A stretch of 64,000 bases of DNA from an uncultured Chloroflexia bacterium (lineage in GTDB: Bacteria; Chloroflexota; Limnocylindria; Limnocylindrales; CSP1-4), in NCBI GenBank assembly GCA_963748625.1, contig CAVVJT010000007.1, positions 1,248,001 through 1,312,000 of the forward strand, written 5' to 3'. The translations under genes and the position numbers were made by a program. Within the stretch, counting starts at the first letter, position 1. Each line of letters begins with the position of its first letter. The notes beneath the pieces were generated by a model. The model was not told the origin of the DNA. It saw only the letters and a program-made list of their open reading frames with translations, and ran no database searches. Positions 20,060 to 29,444 of this stretch are shown in pieces.

Positions 20060-20683
20060 ATGACTGCCGCAACCGTCCAGGCTCGCCGCTCGCCGGCCGA
20101 CTTCCAGGAACCCGCACTCGCCCGCTTCCTCTTCTCTGACGGCCGGGCGGCATGGCTCTGGCTGATCGTCCGGGTCTACCTCGGCTACGAGTGGCTCACG
20201 GCGGGCTGGGGAAAGGTCACCAGCCCGGCATGGACTGGCCCCCAGGCCGGCAGTGCCCTGACCGGCTTCGTCAACGGAGCCATCGGCGAGGCCACCGGCG
20301 CGCACCCCGCTGTCCAGGGCTGGTACGCCGACCTCCTGAAGGGCTGGGTGCTGCCCAACACGGCGCTCTTCGCGCACCTGGTGGCCTACGGGGAGCTGCT
20401 CGTGGGCCTCGCGCTCATCGTGGGTGCGCTCACCGGCATCGCCGCCTTCTTCGGCATCGTCATGAACGCCAACTACCTGCTCGCCGGTGCCGTGTCCACC
20501 AACCCGATCCTGGCCGTCCTGGCCATCTTCATCGTGCTTGCCTGGCGCAACGCGGGCTGGATCGGGCTCGACCGGTGGCTGCTGCCGCTCATCGGCACGC
20601 CCTGGCAGCCCGGTGGCATCTTCCGGAGGGAAGCCGGCGCGCGGTCGACCGGGGTGGACACGCATGACGCCGCGGTCTCGTGA
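20060..20683 (+). CDS. DoxX/DoxD (thiosulfate:quinone oxidoreductase-like) membrane protein
   Basis: WLIVRVYLGYEWLTAGWGK, GELLVGLALIVG, MNANYLLAGAVSTNP, NAGWIGLDRW. Confidence 0.88.
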   Translation: MTAATVQARRSPADFQEPALARFLFSDGRAAWLWLIVRVYLGYEWLTAGWGKVTSPAWTGPQAGSALTGFVNGAIGEATGAHPAVQGWYADLLKGWVLPNTALFAHLVAYGELLVGLALIVGALTGIAAFFGIVMNANYLLAGAVSTNPILAVLAIFIVLAWRNAGWIGLDRWLLPLIGTPWQPGGIFRREAGARSTGVDTHDAAVS

Positions 20684-20921
20684 GGGCACCATGGCAGAGG
20701 GACGACGATGCAGATCCTGCCGGCACGTCGATGGTGCCGGGCGACGAGATGATCGACACCGACTTCCAGGCACTCACGGGTCTCGGCGGGTGGCTGGCCG
20801 ACGATAGTCCGCAGGGAGGGCGATCAGCGACCTGTTGGCGTTCGCTCCGTCGCACTATCCATGAACTCGCCGGACGACCCCGGGCAGCGGGCAACGGTGG
20901 TGACTGACGGAGTCGAGCTGT

Positions 20922-21404
20922 TCAATGGGCAGTGTCGGAAGCGAGGCGCTGCGACGCCATCTGGGCGCTGGCTTCAAGTGACGCGATCTTGGCCACGCGG
21001 ACTGCGTGCCGGCCGCCCTCGAAGCTCGCCGTGAGAAATGCTTCGACGCACGCCCGCGCCACGGCGTGGCCGACGATCCGCTCACCCATCGCGAGAACGT
21101 TGGCGTCATTGTGTTCGCGGCCGAGCCTGGCCGTCACCGGGTCGGCGGCCTCAACGCACCTGATACCGCGGATCTTGTTGGCGACGATGGCCTCGCCCGT
21201 CCCGCTGCCACCAAGAACGATCGCCAGGTCGCACTCGCCCATCGCCACCGCCCGTGCGGCGGGTGCGATCACGTCGGGATAGTCCACGGGTTCCCGCGTG
21301 CCGGTCCCGAAGTCCACAGCCTCGTGGCCTGCCAGACGGACCCACTCGAGAACGGGTTCCTTCAGTGGGAATCCTGCGTGATCGGCCGCGACCGCGATCC
21401 TCAT
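20922..21404 (-). CDS. rpiB: Ribose-5-phosphate isomerase B (RpiB/LacA/LacB family)
   Basis: MRIAVAADHAG, VDYPD, GGSGTGEAIVANK, REHNDANVL, FEGGRH. Confidence 0.92.
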   Translation of the reverse strand: MRIAVAADHAGFPLKEPVLEWVRLAGHEAVDFGTGTREPVDYPDVIAPAARAVAMGECDLAIVLGGSGTGEAIVANKIRGIRCVEAADPVTARLGREHNDANVLAMGERIVGHAVARACVEAFLTASFEGGRHAVRVAKIASLEASAQMASQRLASDTAH

Positions 21405-21682
21405 CAGTCGAGGGGACCCTGAGCGCGGGTCATGGCCGGTGTTCGCGGTTGTCGATCCGTCGCCCCCGGAGCCGCATCCGGCGCGTCGTAGATCGAGAGC
21501 CGCGCCTCGTTGTGCAGGCATACCACGATCTCGTGCTCCAGCCGCCGGATCTCCCGCTCGGCCGCCCACGGCGGGCTGTCTGGATCTGACTCCTCACGCA
21601 GCTCGAGGGCGCCGACGAGCCTGGCGAGCAGGTCGACCGCCGTGGCCATCCGGTCGGCAGCGTCCGTGGATCCGATCATCAT
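21404..21682 (-). CDS. Small hypothetical protein (92 aa)
   Basis: Start/stop overlaps with both neighbours; helical composition. Confidence 0.5.
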   Translation of the reverse strand: MMIGSTDAADRMATAVDLLARLVGALELREESDPDSPPWAAEREIRRLEHEIVVCLHNEARLSIYDAPDAAPGATDRQPRTPAMTRAQGPLD

Positions 21683-21951
21683 CGTGGCTCCCGATCCCTG
21701 GTGAGCATCGCGATCACATGCTCAGTCGAGTAGACGGTCCGCGGCGTGACCAGGACGGCGATGCGAGCCGGGTCGCCCTTGGTCCTGAGCAGACGGGCGC
21801 GGTCAAGCCTCGGCCACATCGCGAGCGCCCTCGCCGAGCAAGGCGGCAGGTGGCGAGCCATGGGAGCCCTCGGCTTCCGGATCACCATGTGGTCCACCAG
21901 GACCGAACTCCCCGACGAACCCAATTCGTACGCGGTAGATACCTGACCCAT
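21679..21951 (-). CDS. Small hypothetical protein (90 aa)
   Basis: SD aaaggag before ATG; ALAMWPRLDRARLLRTKGDPARIAVLV; downstream of promoter copy 5. Confidence 0.6.
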   Translation of the reverse strand: MGQVSTAYELGSSGSSVLVDHMVIRKPRAPMARHLPPCSARALAMWPRLDRARLLRTKGDPARIAVLVTPRTVYSTEHVIAMLTRDREPR

Positions 21952-21976
21952 CGCGGTGCTCCTTTCTGGTCTCGCC

Positions 21977-22065
21977 AACGTACGGCGGCCCGCAGTCGGT
22001 CGGAAGTCGCGCTCGTCTCGTTTCCGCCGTGAGACGCGTCCCGCTGATGCCATGACAAGCGTCAC
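21977..22065 (-). promoter_or_regulatory. DesR-type activated promoter (copy 5)
   Basis: Minus strand: GTGACGCTTGTCATG..TCACG-N10-GACGagcGCGACT-N22-TACGTT. Confidence 0.75.
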
Positions 22066-22248
22066 GGCCCTCCGGTGATGTCAATGCACGTCCCGCCTCG
22101 TAGCGACGATGGCACTGGGCGGCCGGCGGCGCTACGCGGCTCGACGGCCTCATCGCACTGCCGGCCGCGATCCGGATCGGGCGCGAAGATCCGAATCGGG
22201 CGCGAACCGTCGTCGCTGGGACCGTGCCGCCCAGGGATCGGACCGCGG

Positions 22249-23470
22249 CTATGTGCGACCGTCGGACCGGCCGACTCGCCGATATGGCACCTGGAGCACG
22301 ATGAGTTCCGGGCGTCCGATGAGCGCCTCCCGGAGGCGATGCGCGTTCTGGTTGTAGAGCATGCGCTCCCACCAGTGCCGGGGTACGTATTCCGGAATGA
22401 GAACGACGATGACCTCTGCGGGGCGCTCGGCTTGCTGCGTCTCGACGTAGCGTACGAACGGATTGACGAGTGCCCGGTGGGGCGAGTCAATGATGATCAC
22501 GGTCGCCGCAGGCTCGTGCCGGGCCACCAGTTGCCGGAACCGCTCACCCTCGGCCCTGTCCGACGTCACATGAACCACCTGCACGCTGCTTGCCATCGTC
22601 TGCCCAACGCCGATGGCCTGCACCAGAGCACGCGTGAAGTCCAGCGCGGCGACGATCACCAGCTCGCCCCCAGGTGGCGCGATCACGCCCCGTGTCCGGA
22701 CCGTCAGGGCCGCCGCCTCGAGCCCGTACGCGCGATGGATGAAGAGCATGAGCGCGACAGGACCGGAATGACCACGATGACGATCCAGGCGCCAAGCGCC
22801 GAATTTGGCGATCACGAAGGTGACGACCACGAGGCCGGTGGCGATGGCTCCCACCCCGTTCAACGTGGCGCTGCGGCGGCCAGCCCGGTCCGTGCTGTGT
22901 GAACCAGTGGCGCACCATGCCTGACTGCGAGAGCGTGAATGCCGTGAATACGCCGATCGCGTACAGCGGGATGAGCGCCTCGACCTGCGCGTTGAACGCG
23001 ACAACGAGCAGGATCGATACGGCCGCAAGGACCAGGATCCCGGCGTTGAACGCCAGACGCTCCCCACGGAAGGCGAACTGGTGTGGCATGTACCCGTCCC
23101 GGGCGAGGAGCGACGCAACGCGAGGGAAATCGGCGAAGCTCGTCTGCGCGGCGAGGATCAGGATGCCCATCGTGGCGAACCGAAGGACGTACCACAGGGG
23201 TCCTGGGCCGTAGACGGAGCGCCCGATCTGTGACAGAACGGACTCGCCGCTCATCGCGGGCATCGCCCCCGTGACCTGAGCGAGAAACGACGTGCCAAGG
23301 AAGAGGCTGGCGAGCAGGATCGTCACGATGAACATGGTCGTTCGCGCGTTCCGCCACTCGGGGGGCCTGAACACGGGAACGCCGTTCGCGACAGCCTCGG
23401 TTCCCGTCATGGCCGTACACCCGTCCGCGAAGGCGCGCATGAGGAACAACAGGCCGAACGTCTCGACGGG
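22249..23470 (-). pseudogene. APC-family permease (KimA/YdaO-like), 5'-truncated and frameshifted
   Basis: RAFADGCTAMTGTEAVANGVP, TSFADFPR, LIPLYAIGVF, PEYVPRHWWERMLYNQ; the N-terminal TM block is absent. Confidence 0.8.
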
Positions 23471-23754
23471 GGTGCGCCGACCGCGCCCGGGATCGCCGGG
23501 CTGCGGCAGCGCCCGGCACGGTGGAGACGACCGCTGGCGTCGTCACGGTCACGGTCGCCCGGCATGGCGGCTGCCGGCCGGGTCGCACAACCCGCTTGCG
23601 CGGGCACCTCCCGCGGCGCATCGTGTCCCACTTCGGGTCCACCCTCAACGGGGCAGTCGAGCAGTCCGAGAAGGGAGGCGACGGCAAGGGCGGGAGCCCG
23701 GAGCGGGGCTGGTTCACTCCACGTCGGGGCGACGGAGCCCAGGCACGGGAGACA

Positions 23755-23865
23755 GGCGAGCACACCTCGGCAAGGGCGGGGCGGTTTGGCGCGCCCGACA
23801 GGATTCGAACCTGCAGATGCCACCATTATCGTGCGGGTCCCGATCGCGCCGCGGCCGTGGTGACC
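23755..23865 (-). mobile_element. att-like site 1: tRNA 3' fragment (Arg-like) with conserved flanks
   Basis: Minus strand GCAGGTTCGAATCCTGTCGGGCGCGCCA (23814-23787): T-arm, acceptor 3' strand and CCA only; repeated at 26074. Confidence 0.85.
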
Positions 23866-23898
23866 GGACCAGACCCAGGCGATGACGACCCTCCCGGA

Positions 23899-25164
23899 TC
23901 AGGCTCCTAGGGCGCCGACCGCCACCTGGAGGACGCCGTCGGGCCGTGTGAACGAGTACCCAGTCCCCGTGATGACGACGAGCGCAACCGGCGGCCGCCC
24001 TGCCACCCGGTCGCGCAGGCGCAAGAGGCCTGCTGCCGCGGGATCGACGACGGAGGCGTGGGACCCGAGCTTGACCTCGAAGGCGGCCCAGTCGCCGCCG
24101 GGCAGCTCGATCACGGCGTCCGCCTCGAGGCCCGCAGCGTCCCGGTAGTGGTAGATCCGGCCCCTGAGCGGCCCGGCGAGGACCCGCAGGTCGCGTACGA
24201 CCAGGGATTCGAACAGCAGGCCCATCAGGTTGAGGTCGGCCAGCAGGGCGTCTGGGCCAGCCCCGAGGGCCGCCACCGCTAGTGACGGGTCGGCCAGGTG
24301 GCGGACGGGCGAGGCTCGCAGGCGGGTCCTGCTCCGCAGGCTGGGGCTCCATGCGGGGAGGTCATCGGTCAGCAGCAGGCGGTCGAGCGCCCCGAGGTAG
24401 GCACGGGCGGTCTCCACCTTCATCGAGCGGTCGGCGCCGGTGTCTGCCGCGAGGCCCTCCGCGCTCACAGGGCAGGCCGTGTTGCGGGCCAGCGAGGTCA
24501 GGAGCGCACGCACGCCCGCGGGATCCCGCCGCACACCATCGACACGCGGCACGTCGAGCCGGCAGACATCCTCGAGATAGCCCTCGTTGAGGAGGGAGGC
24601 CTGCGCCGGAGTCAGGCCCAGGTTGCCCGGCCATCCGCCGACCACCAGCCGCTCCGCGAGGTCGCCGACCCGGAGCCCGGGATCCGGCGCGCTCACCGGC
24701 TCGCCTGCGAGCACCCGTGCCAGCGAGACCGACCTCGTCGAGTGGCCACTCTCCACGAGTGCCATCGGGCGCATCCGGAGGCGGATGAAGCGGCCCGCAC
24801 CCGAATGCCGCCGCGCGTCGTCCCGGGGCACCGACGAGCCGGTGAGCACGAACTGGCCCGGCGCCCGGCGATCGTCGACCTCGTGGCGCACCAGGTTCCA
24901 GAGGTCCGGCACCTCCTGCCACTCGTCGATGAGGCGCGGCGTCGCGCCGGCGAGCACGAGGGCTGGGTCGACGGCGAACGCCTGTTGGGCGGCGGGCGTG
25001 TCCATGCGGATCTCGCTGGTCGCCGCCTGGCGGGCGGTCTCCGTCTTCCCGCAGGCCCGGGGTCCCTCGATGACGACGGCTCCAGCCGCTCCGAGTGTCT
25101 CGTGGAGCTGGGCGTCTATCACCCGCTGCCGGTACTCGTGGAGGGGCGGATCAGGGGTCGTCAC
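23899..25164 (-). CDS. AAA_14 ATPase with C-terminal DUF4143 (PD-(D/E)xK-like) domain
   Basis: IEGPRACGKT, LIDEWQ, FVLTGSS, HSGAGR, GLLFESLV, EADAV..AFEVKLG. Confidence 0.92.
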   Translation of the reverse strand: MTTPDPPLHEYRQRVIDAQLHETLGAAGAVVIEGPRACGKTETARQAATSEIRMDTPAAQQAFAVDPALVLAGATPRLIDEWQEVPDLWNLVRHEVDDRRAPGQFVLTGSSVPRDDARRHSGAGRFIRLRMRPMALVESGHSTRSVSLARVLAGEPVSAPDPGLRVGDLAERLVVGGWPGNLGLTPAQASLLNEGYLEDVCRLDVPRVDGVRRDPAGVRALLTSLARNTACPVSAEGLAADTGADRSMKVETARAYLGALDRLLLTDDLPAWSPSLRSRTRLRASPVRHLADPSLAVAALGAGPDALLADLNLMGLLFESLVVRDLRVLAGPLRGRIYHYRDAAGLEADAVIELPGGDWAAFEVKLGSHASVVDPAAAGLLRLRDRVAGRPPVALVVITGTGYSFTRPDGVLQVAVGALGA

Positions 25165-25190
25165 GTGCCCATTGTCGAGGCCAGCCGCCG

Positions 25191-25286
25191 TTGCGTCAAT
25201 CCCAAGGGATCGGCTTGCAGATCCAACGGGGGGTTGCCTTGCAGTGTTGACAGGGGGTTGCGGGCCCACGTTCGCGCGGGCTTGCG
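25191..25286. repeat. Degenerate 24-bp tandem repeats upstream of the AAA_14 gene
   Basis: TTGC at 25191/25215/25239 and 25234/25258/25282; best units ttgcagatccaacggggggttgcc and ttgcagtgttgacagggggttgcg. Confidence 0.6.
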
Positions 25287-26039
25287 CTGGCCGCGGAGGT
25301 GCGACAACCGGTCGGCAAGGCGGGCCAGCCGGAGGCATCGGGCTCGTAATGAACAAATCTGCGCGAATCCGTTAGCAGCGATCTCCCTAATGAACGGTCT
25401 TGACGACGGGACCCCTGCGAGATGGCGGGAGCGGGACCTGCCCGTTCGCCGCCGACGCGGTGCCCTTCGCGCATCGTGATCGAGGCCTGCATGGCACCGC
25501 ACCCCAGCGGCTGCCCGTCGGTCCGCACGAGGAGCGACAGATGCAGGAAGACCGCATCGAGGCCGACCCGCCGACGGGCGACCAGCCTGCCACTCCGGGC
25601 GGCAGCGACCGGCTCATCGCCGCCCCTGCGGCCGTGATCCATGACGCGATGGCAGCCGACGATGCCGCCGGGCGGGACCTGCCGCTGTCGGGCGAGGAGG
25701 ACGAGGACTGACGCCACGACGACCACGCCTCGGATCAGGGGAGCGCCCGGCTCGCCTCAGTCGTCTGAAGACTGCGCAATGCGCCCGCGATCACGCTCGT
25801 CCGCGACGACCAGCGGCCAGTCCCAGAGTCCCGCCTCGGCGATACGGGCCTTGTCGCCCACAACGACACACAACTCGCTTGCTCGGACATTCCCCGCAGC
25901 GCATCGTGTCTCACGTCGGGTGACACCGGCAGGGAAGTCAAGCACAGGGAGTAGGGAGGCAACCGAAGAGCAGGTGCCCGGGCCAGGGATGGTCGCCACT
26001 GCTGGACGCCAACGGGCTACAGAGCCGGGACGGTAAGAG

Positions 26040-26152
26040 AGCACACGAGACCGAGGGGAGAGGCGGGGTGGTTTGGCGCGCCCGACAGGAGTCGAACCTG
26101 CAGATGCCACTATTTTCGTGAAGGTCCCGATTGCGCCGCGCCCGTGGTGATC
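26040..26152 (-). mobile_element. att-like site 2: tRNA 3' fragment with conserved flanks
   Basis: Minus strand GCAGGTTCGACTCCTGTCGGGCGCGCCA (26101-26074); the next ~50 bp align with 23815-23865. Confidence 0.85.
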
Positions 26153-26621
26153 ATCCTCGTGATGGATCCCACGGAGCGCGGCACTCCTGTGTGCGGGCTT
26201 CGCGATGCTCAAGACCGGTCGCAGCCCTGACTGACCAACGGCCCCCCACTCGAGCGACTTCCGAGGCGCGGCACCTTGCCTTCAATCGCGCGCGCAGCCT
26301 TGTGGCGAGCGCGGCCCGTCGCCCTGTGGGTCAGGAGAGTGGATCGCGATTGAGTGGTCGTCATCGCACAGACGGTGGCAGGCGCTTCGCCGATGGACAA
26401 CCGCGATGCGTGCCGAGGTGTGCGAGATACAGCGAGAACCCCGCTGGCCGGCTTGCGGTCCAGTTCGCGCCTTCCTGCCGCGGGTAATCCCAGTAGGGCG
26501 CTAGCCTCGCCTCGGTCCCGACCGCTATCCCCCCAGCGGCCGGGAACGTTGCGTATCGCTCAGAGCTCCAGGCCGAGAGCCCGTTGCCGGTCGGTGCCAA
26601 GGTCTCGGGTCTGAGGTCCGG

Positions 26622-27425
26622 TCACCACCTGCGGTCAGGGTAGCCGCGTCGCTTCTTCTGAGCAGGGATGGCAGCCGCGTATGCGCGAATGCCGCTCCAT
26701 GCAGCGTGATACCTGTCAGCGTCCTCGGCGAGCCGCCCCTCGATCCACTCCTCAAGCGCTTTGACGGGCAGGAGGACCCGCTTGCCGATGCGCAGGCTCG
26801 GGATCGTGCCCGCAGCAGCAAGCGACCCGACGGTGGAGGTGGAGAGCCCGAGCACTCGGGAGGCGTCGGCGACCGAGATCAGCAGTGGCTCCATACCTAC
26901 GGCGAAGCGCTCTTCTGCTGGCGCCACCACTTCAGGGCCCTCCCTTGACTTCGCTTGCGGCTCAGCCGGTGCGGACGGCGGTGGCTGTGCCCAAGGGTCG
27001 TCCAACTCGCGATGTTCTGGCCGCGAGACGTGGTAGCTCATCGCGACGGGGTCGATGAGCAGGGCGCACCTCAGGCAGATCCGCTTCGGGGACGGAGCGT
27101 CCTCAGGCAACTGGCGGACGAGCCTCTCGATAGCGATGCCGACCTGGCGGGCCTCCACGCGGAGTGACGCGCCTCCCCCAAGGTTCGCGATCCCCACCCA
27201 TACGTTGTCCGGACGCCGGAAGACACCGCTCTCGCCGTGCGCGAGGCCGAAGTGACGGCCCTCCGGATCGATTGGCCGGATCCGATCCGGCGAGATCGCC
27301 CGGGGTGCGATCACGCACTCCCTGTGCGCCTGGGAGTTGAGGTGCCGATCCCAGTCGCGCCACAGCCTCCACGTCACGACCACATCGCAAACGGCACAGA
27401 AACTCACGCGCTCGACCGCCGCCAT
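26622..27425 (-). CDS. Excisionase-like HTH_17 protein with two N-terminal C2H2-like zinc fingers (alternative start 27482)
   Basis: CAVC..WDRHLNSQAH; CLRC..SYHVSRPEH; LLISVADASRVLGLSTSTVGSLAAAGTIPSLRIGKRVLLPVKALEEWI. Confidence 0.8.
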   Translation of the reverse strand: MAAVERVSFCAVCDVVVTWRLWRDWDRHLNSQAHRECVIAPRAISPDRIRPIDPEGRHFGLAHGESGVFRRPDNVWVGIANLGGGASLRVEARQVGIAIERLVRQLPEDAPSPKRICLRCALLIDPVAMSYHVSRPEHRELDDPWAQPPPSAPAEPQAKSREGPEVVAPAEERFAVGMEPLLISVADASRVLGLSTSTVGSLAAAGTIPSLRIGKRVLLPVKALEEWIEGRLAEDADRYHAAWSGIRAYAAAIPAQKKRRGYPDRRW

Positions 27426-27560
27426 ACCCTCGATTGTGGAGCCAGTGGGGGTCGATGTAACGGCGATTCCGCGGCTGTTCATCGTGGTGACGGTGACGAT
27501 GCCCTCCTGCCGCCTGCCCGCCGGTCGATCGCGTGGAGGGCAGCATGGCAACCTTGCGTT

Positions 27561-28082
27561 GTGAAGTGGCGACGTTCGATTACCGGCCCTCGGCTGCCTG
27601 AGCAAGTGCGCCAGCACGCCCCCATCCCGGAGGTCGTCGCTGCTCGACTGCTCCGGTATGACGGCGACCGGCCCCTATACCTGGATCTGCTCCAGTTTGG
27701 GAGCGGGCCTGTGGGAGTCATGGAGGAGGACTACCCATACTGGGTCATCCGGGATGCCGAAGGTCGCGTGGTGGGTGGCGCGAAGGTGATGCGCATGCCG
27801 GCTGGTCACCCGGTGTCGCTCGACGTCGCCATCGCGCCGGACCGTCAAGGCCTTGGGTGGGCGACCGCCCTCTACGATGCGTTGACGGCGCGTGGGATCG
27901 ACGTCGAGGCAGGCTCATCAGCTTCGCTCGCCCACGGGACGATGACCCTCGACGGCTACCTCTTCATGCGAGCTCGGCGTCTGCGGACCGACCCGGACGC
28001 CGAGGCCCAGATGGTCGCCGAGGCCAACGTTTGCCCGATGTGCGGTCCCTTGGACGAGCCCAGGGCCCAGGCGGACGAGTAG
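27561..28082 (+). CDS. GNAT-like acetyltransferase (start uncertain)
   Basis: LDVAIAPDRQGLGWATALYDAL acetyl-CoA motif A; C-terminal CPMC. Confidence 0.7.
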   Translation: MKWRRSITGPRLPEQVRQHAPIPEVVAARLLRYDGDRPLYLDLLQFGSGPVGVMEEDYPYWVIRDAEGRVVGGAKVMRMPAGHPVSLDVAIAPDRQGLGWATALYDALTARGIDVEAGSSASLAHGTMTLDGYLFMRARRLRTDPDAEAQMVAEANVCPMCGPLDEPRAQADE

Positions 28083-28116
28083 CGGGCTGGGCGAAGGGGC
28101 GTTGACCCGCCGGGCG

Positions 28117-29343
28117 TCAGTAGTCCTCCGCGAGTCGATCCAGGTCGGCGACGCTCAGGATCTCCGAGTGCAGGACGCTTCGCGGATCGTCCGACAGCGG
28201 GAGGCCGAAATACAGCACGCCGATGTTCCGCGTCACCATCTTCCGGAGGCGGCTCGCCGCGATGCTGGCGCCGAAGGGACCTTTCGCGTTCATTCGCGCG
28301 GTGGACACCACGGAGAGATGGCCTGCGGCGCGATTGCTGAACGCCCACCGCCACTCGGGGATGCCTCGGATGTAGATGTCCCCGGGCAGCACGCCGATGA
28401 CGACGCTGTTCGGGTCGGCGGCTTCCAGATAGAGGGATGGCAGCAGCCCGATCAGGTCTTCGGCAGCCATCTGGCGGCGCACCGGGTCCACCAGGCTCGC
28501 CGGGACGGGAGCGGGCGGGAGGATAGCGACATCGAGGTCGTACCGGACCTTGTAGAAGTCGGCCAGGTCCTGCAGGTCCGCTGCGGCAAGCCCACCGAGC
28601 GGGGCGAGGTAGACGGTCCTGCCCGGCGGGTGGATCGGGACGACCGCTGCGCGACCTCCCGGCGGCAGACTCGTGATGCCTGTCGCGACACCGCCGATGC
28701 CGATCACGATGCACGCTGCTGCCGCGACGACCCCAACCCAGAATCCGCCTCGGACGATCGCTGCGCGCTTCTTCCGGCGCTCAGCAGCCGGCCCTCGGAG
28801 GGTGTCCCAGTTGGCGGCGAGTAGGGCGACTCGTTCCTGCCAGGGCTGCCAGTCATCGGCCACAGCCCCGGATCGCTGGCGGTCCGCCCACTCGACATCA
28901 CCTTCCGCGAGCCCATCTGCAAGCGAGGCCCAGGCGCTACTGGGCGCTGGGGCCGTTACCGTATGGCGCCAGCGAGCCTTGCCGGCAGCGGACTCTTCAC
29001 TGCCCCAGGCGGCAGCAATGAAGGGCTGACGCGCCAGGATGATGGCCTCATCGAATGTCCACGCCGGCAGCCTGTCGCCGAGAAGCAGGCGATCCTCCAG
29101 CGACTTCGGGAGACCCAGCCCGAACGTCACCGCGCCGGCGATGAGAAACGCGCCGACGATGATGGCCACGTCGTCGGCGTCCGTGATGAACGTCGAGTCG
29201 AGGCCGGACCTCGCGATCGTCACGGGGACGAGCAGCACTAGGAGCCCTGCGAAGACCGCCCATAGGGCGTCACGCCTGCGGACCGCAGCGGCCGCGAACG
29301 CCCCGGCAAGCGCCAAGACGCCAACGATCCCGCCGAGCGTCAT
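28117..29343 (-). CDS. Membrane protein with C-terminal archaemetzincin (M54)-like domain lacking HExxH
   Basis: 4 TM helices; VYLAPLG, VIGVLPGDIY..WRWAFS..SVVSTARM, RLRKMVTRNIGVLYFGLPLSDDPRSVL. Confidence 0.6.
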   Translation of the reverse strand: MTLGGIVGVLALAGAFAAAAVRRRDALWAVFAGLLVLLVPVTIARSGLDSTFITDADDVAIIVGAFLIAGAVTFGLGLPKSLEDRLLLGDRLPAWTFDEAIILARQPFIAAAWGSEESAAGKARWRHTVTAPAPSSAWASLADGLAEGDVEWADRQRSGAVADDWQPWQERVALLAANWDTLRGPAAERRKKRAAIVRGGFWVGVVAAAACIVIGIGGVATGITSLPPGGRAAVVPIHPPGRTVYLAPLGGLAAADLQDLADFYKVRYDLDVAILPPAPVPASLVDPVRRQMAAEDLIGLLPSLYLEAADPNSVVIGVLPGDIYIRGIPEWRWAFSNRAAGHLSVVSTARMNAKGPFGASIAASRLRKMVTRNIGVLYFGLPLSDDPRSVLHSEILSVADLDRLAEDY

Positions 29344-29444
29344 GAGCACGTCCCGAAGCTGACGACGCCGAACACGACCGCCGCCGTCGCGTGGTGCATC
29401 ACGACGTGAGCGAGTTGATCGCTGAACAATCAGCCCTGACGCCG

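Noticed and set aside
23520-23570. Sixth copy of the DesR-type promoter before the permease
   Set aside because: Only a partial GTGACC half-site, with no palindrome or good -10 at the right spacing.
23787-23814. Intact tRNA gene (also at 26074-26101)
   Set aside because: Only the T-arm and acceptor 3' strand are present; no D-arm or anticodon arm lies upstream.
25191-25286. CRISPR array
   Set aside because: Repeats are short and degenerate with no repeat-spacer structure; no cas genes were recognised in the window.
25757-25900. SF1 helicase C-terminal fragment (RASELCVVVG)
   Set aside because: Too short and lacks the rest of motif VI; may be chance.
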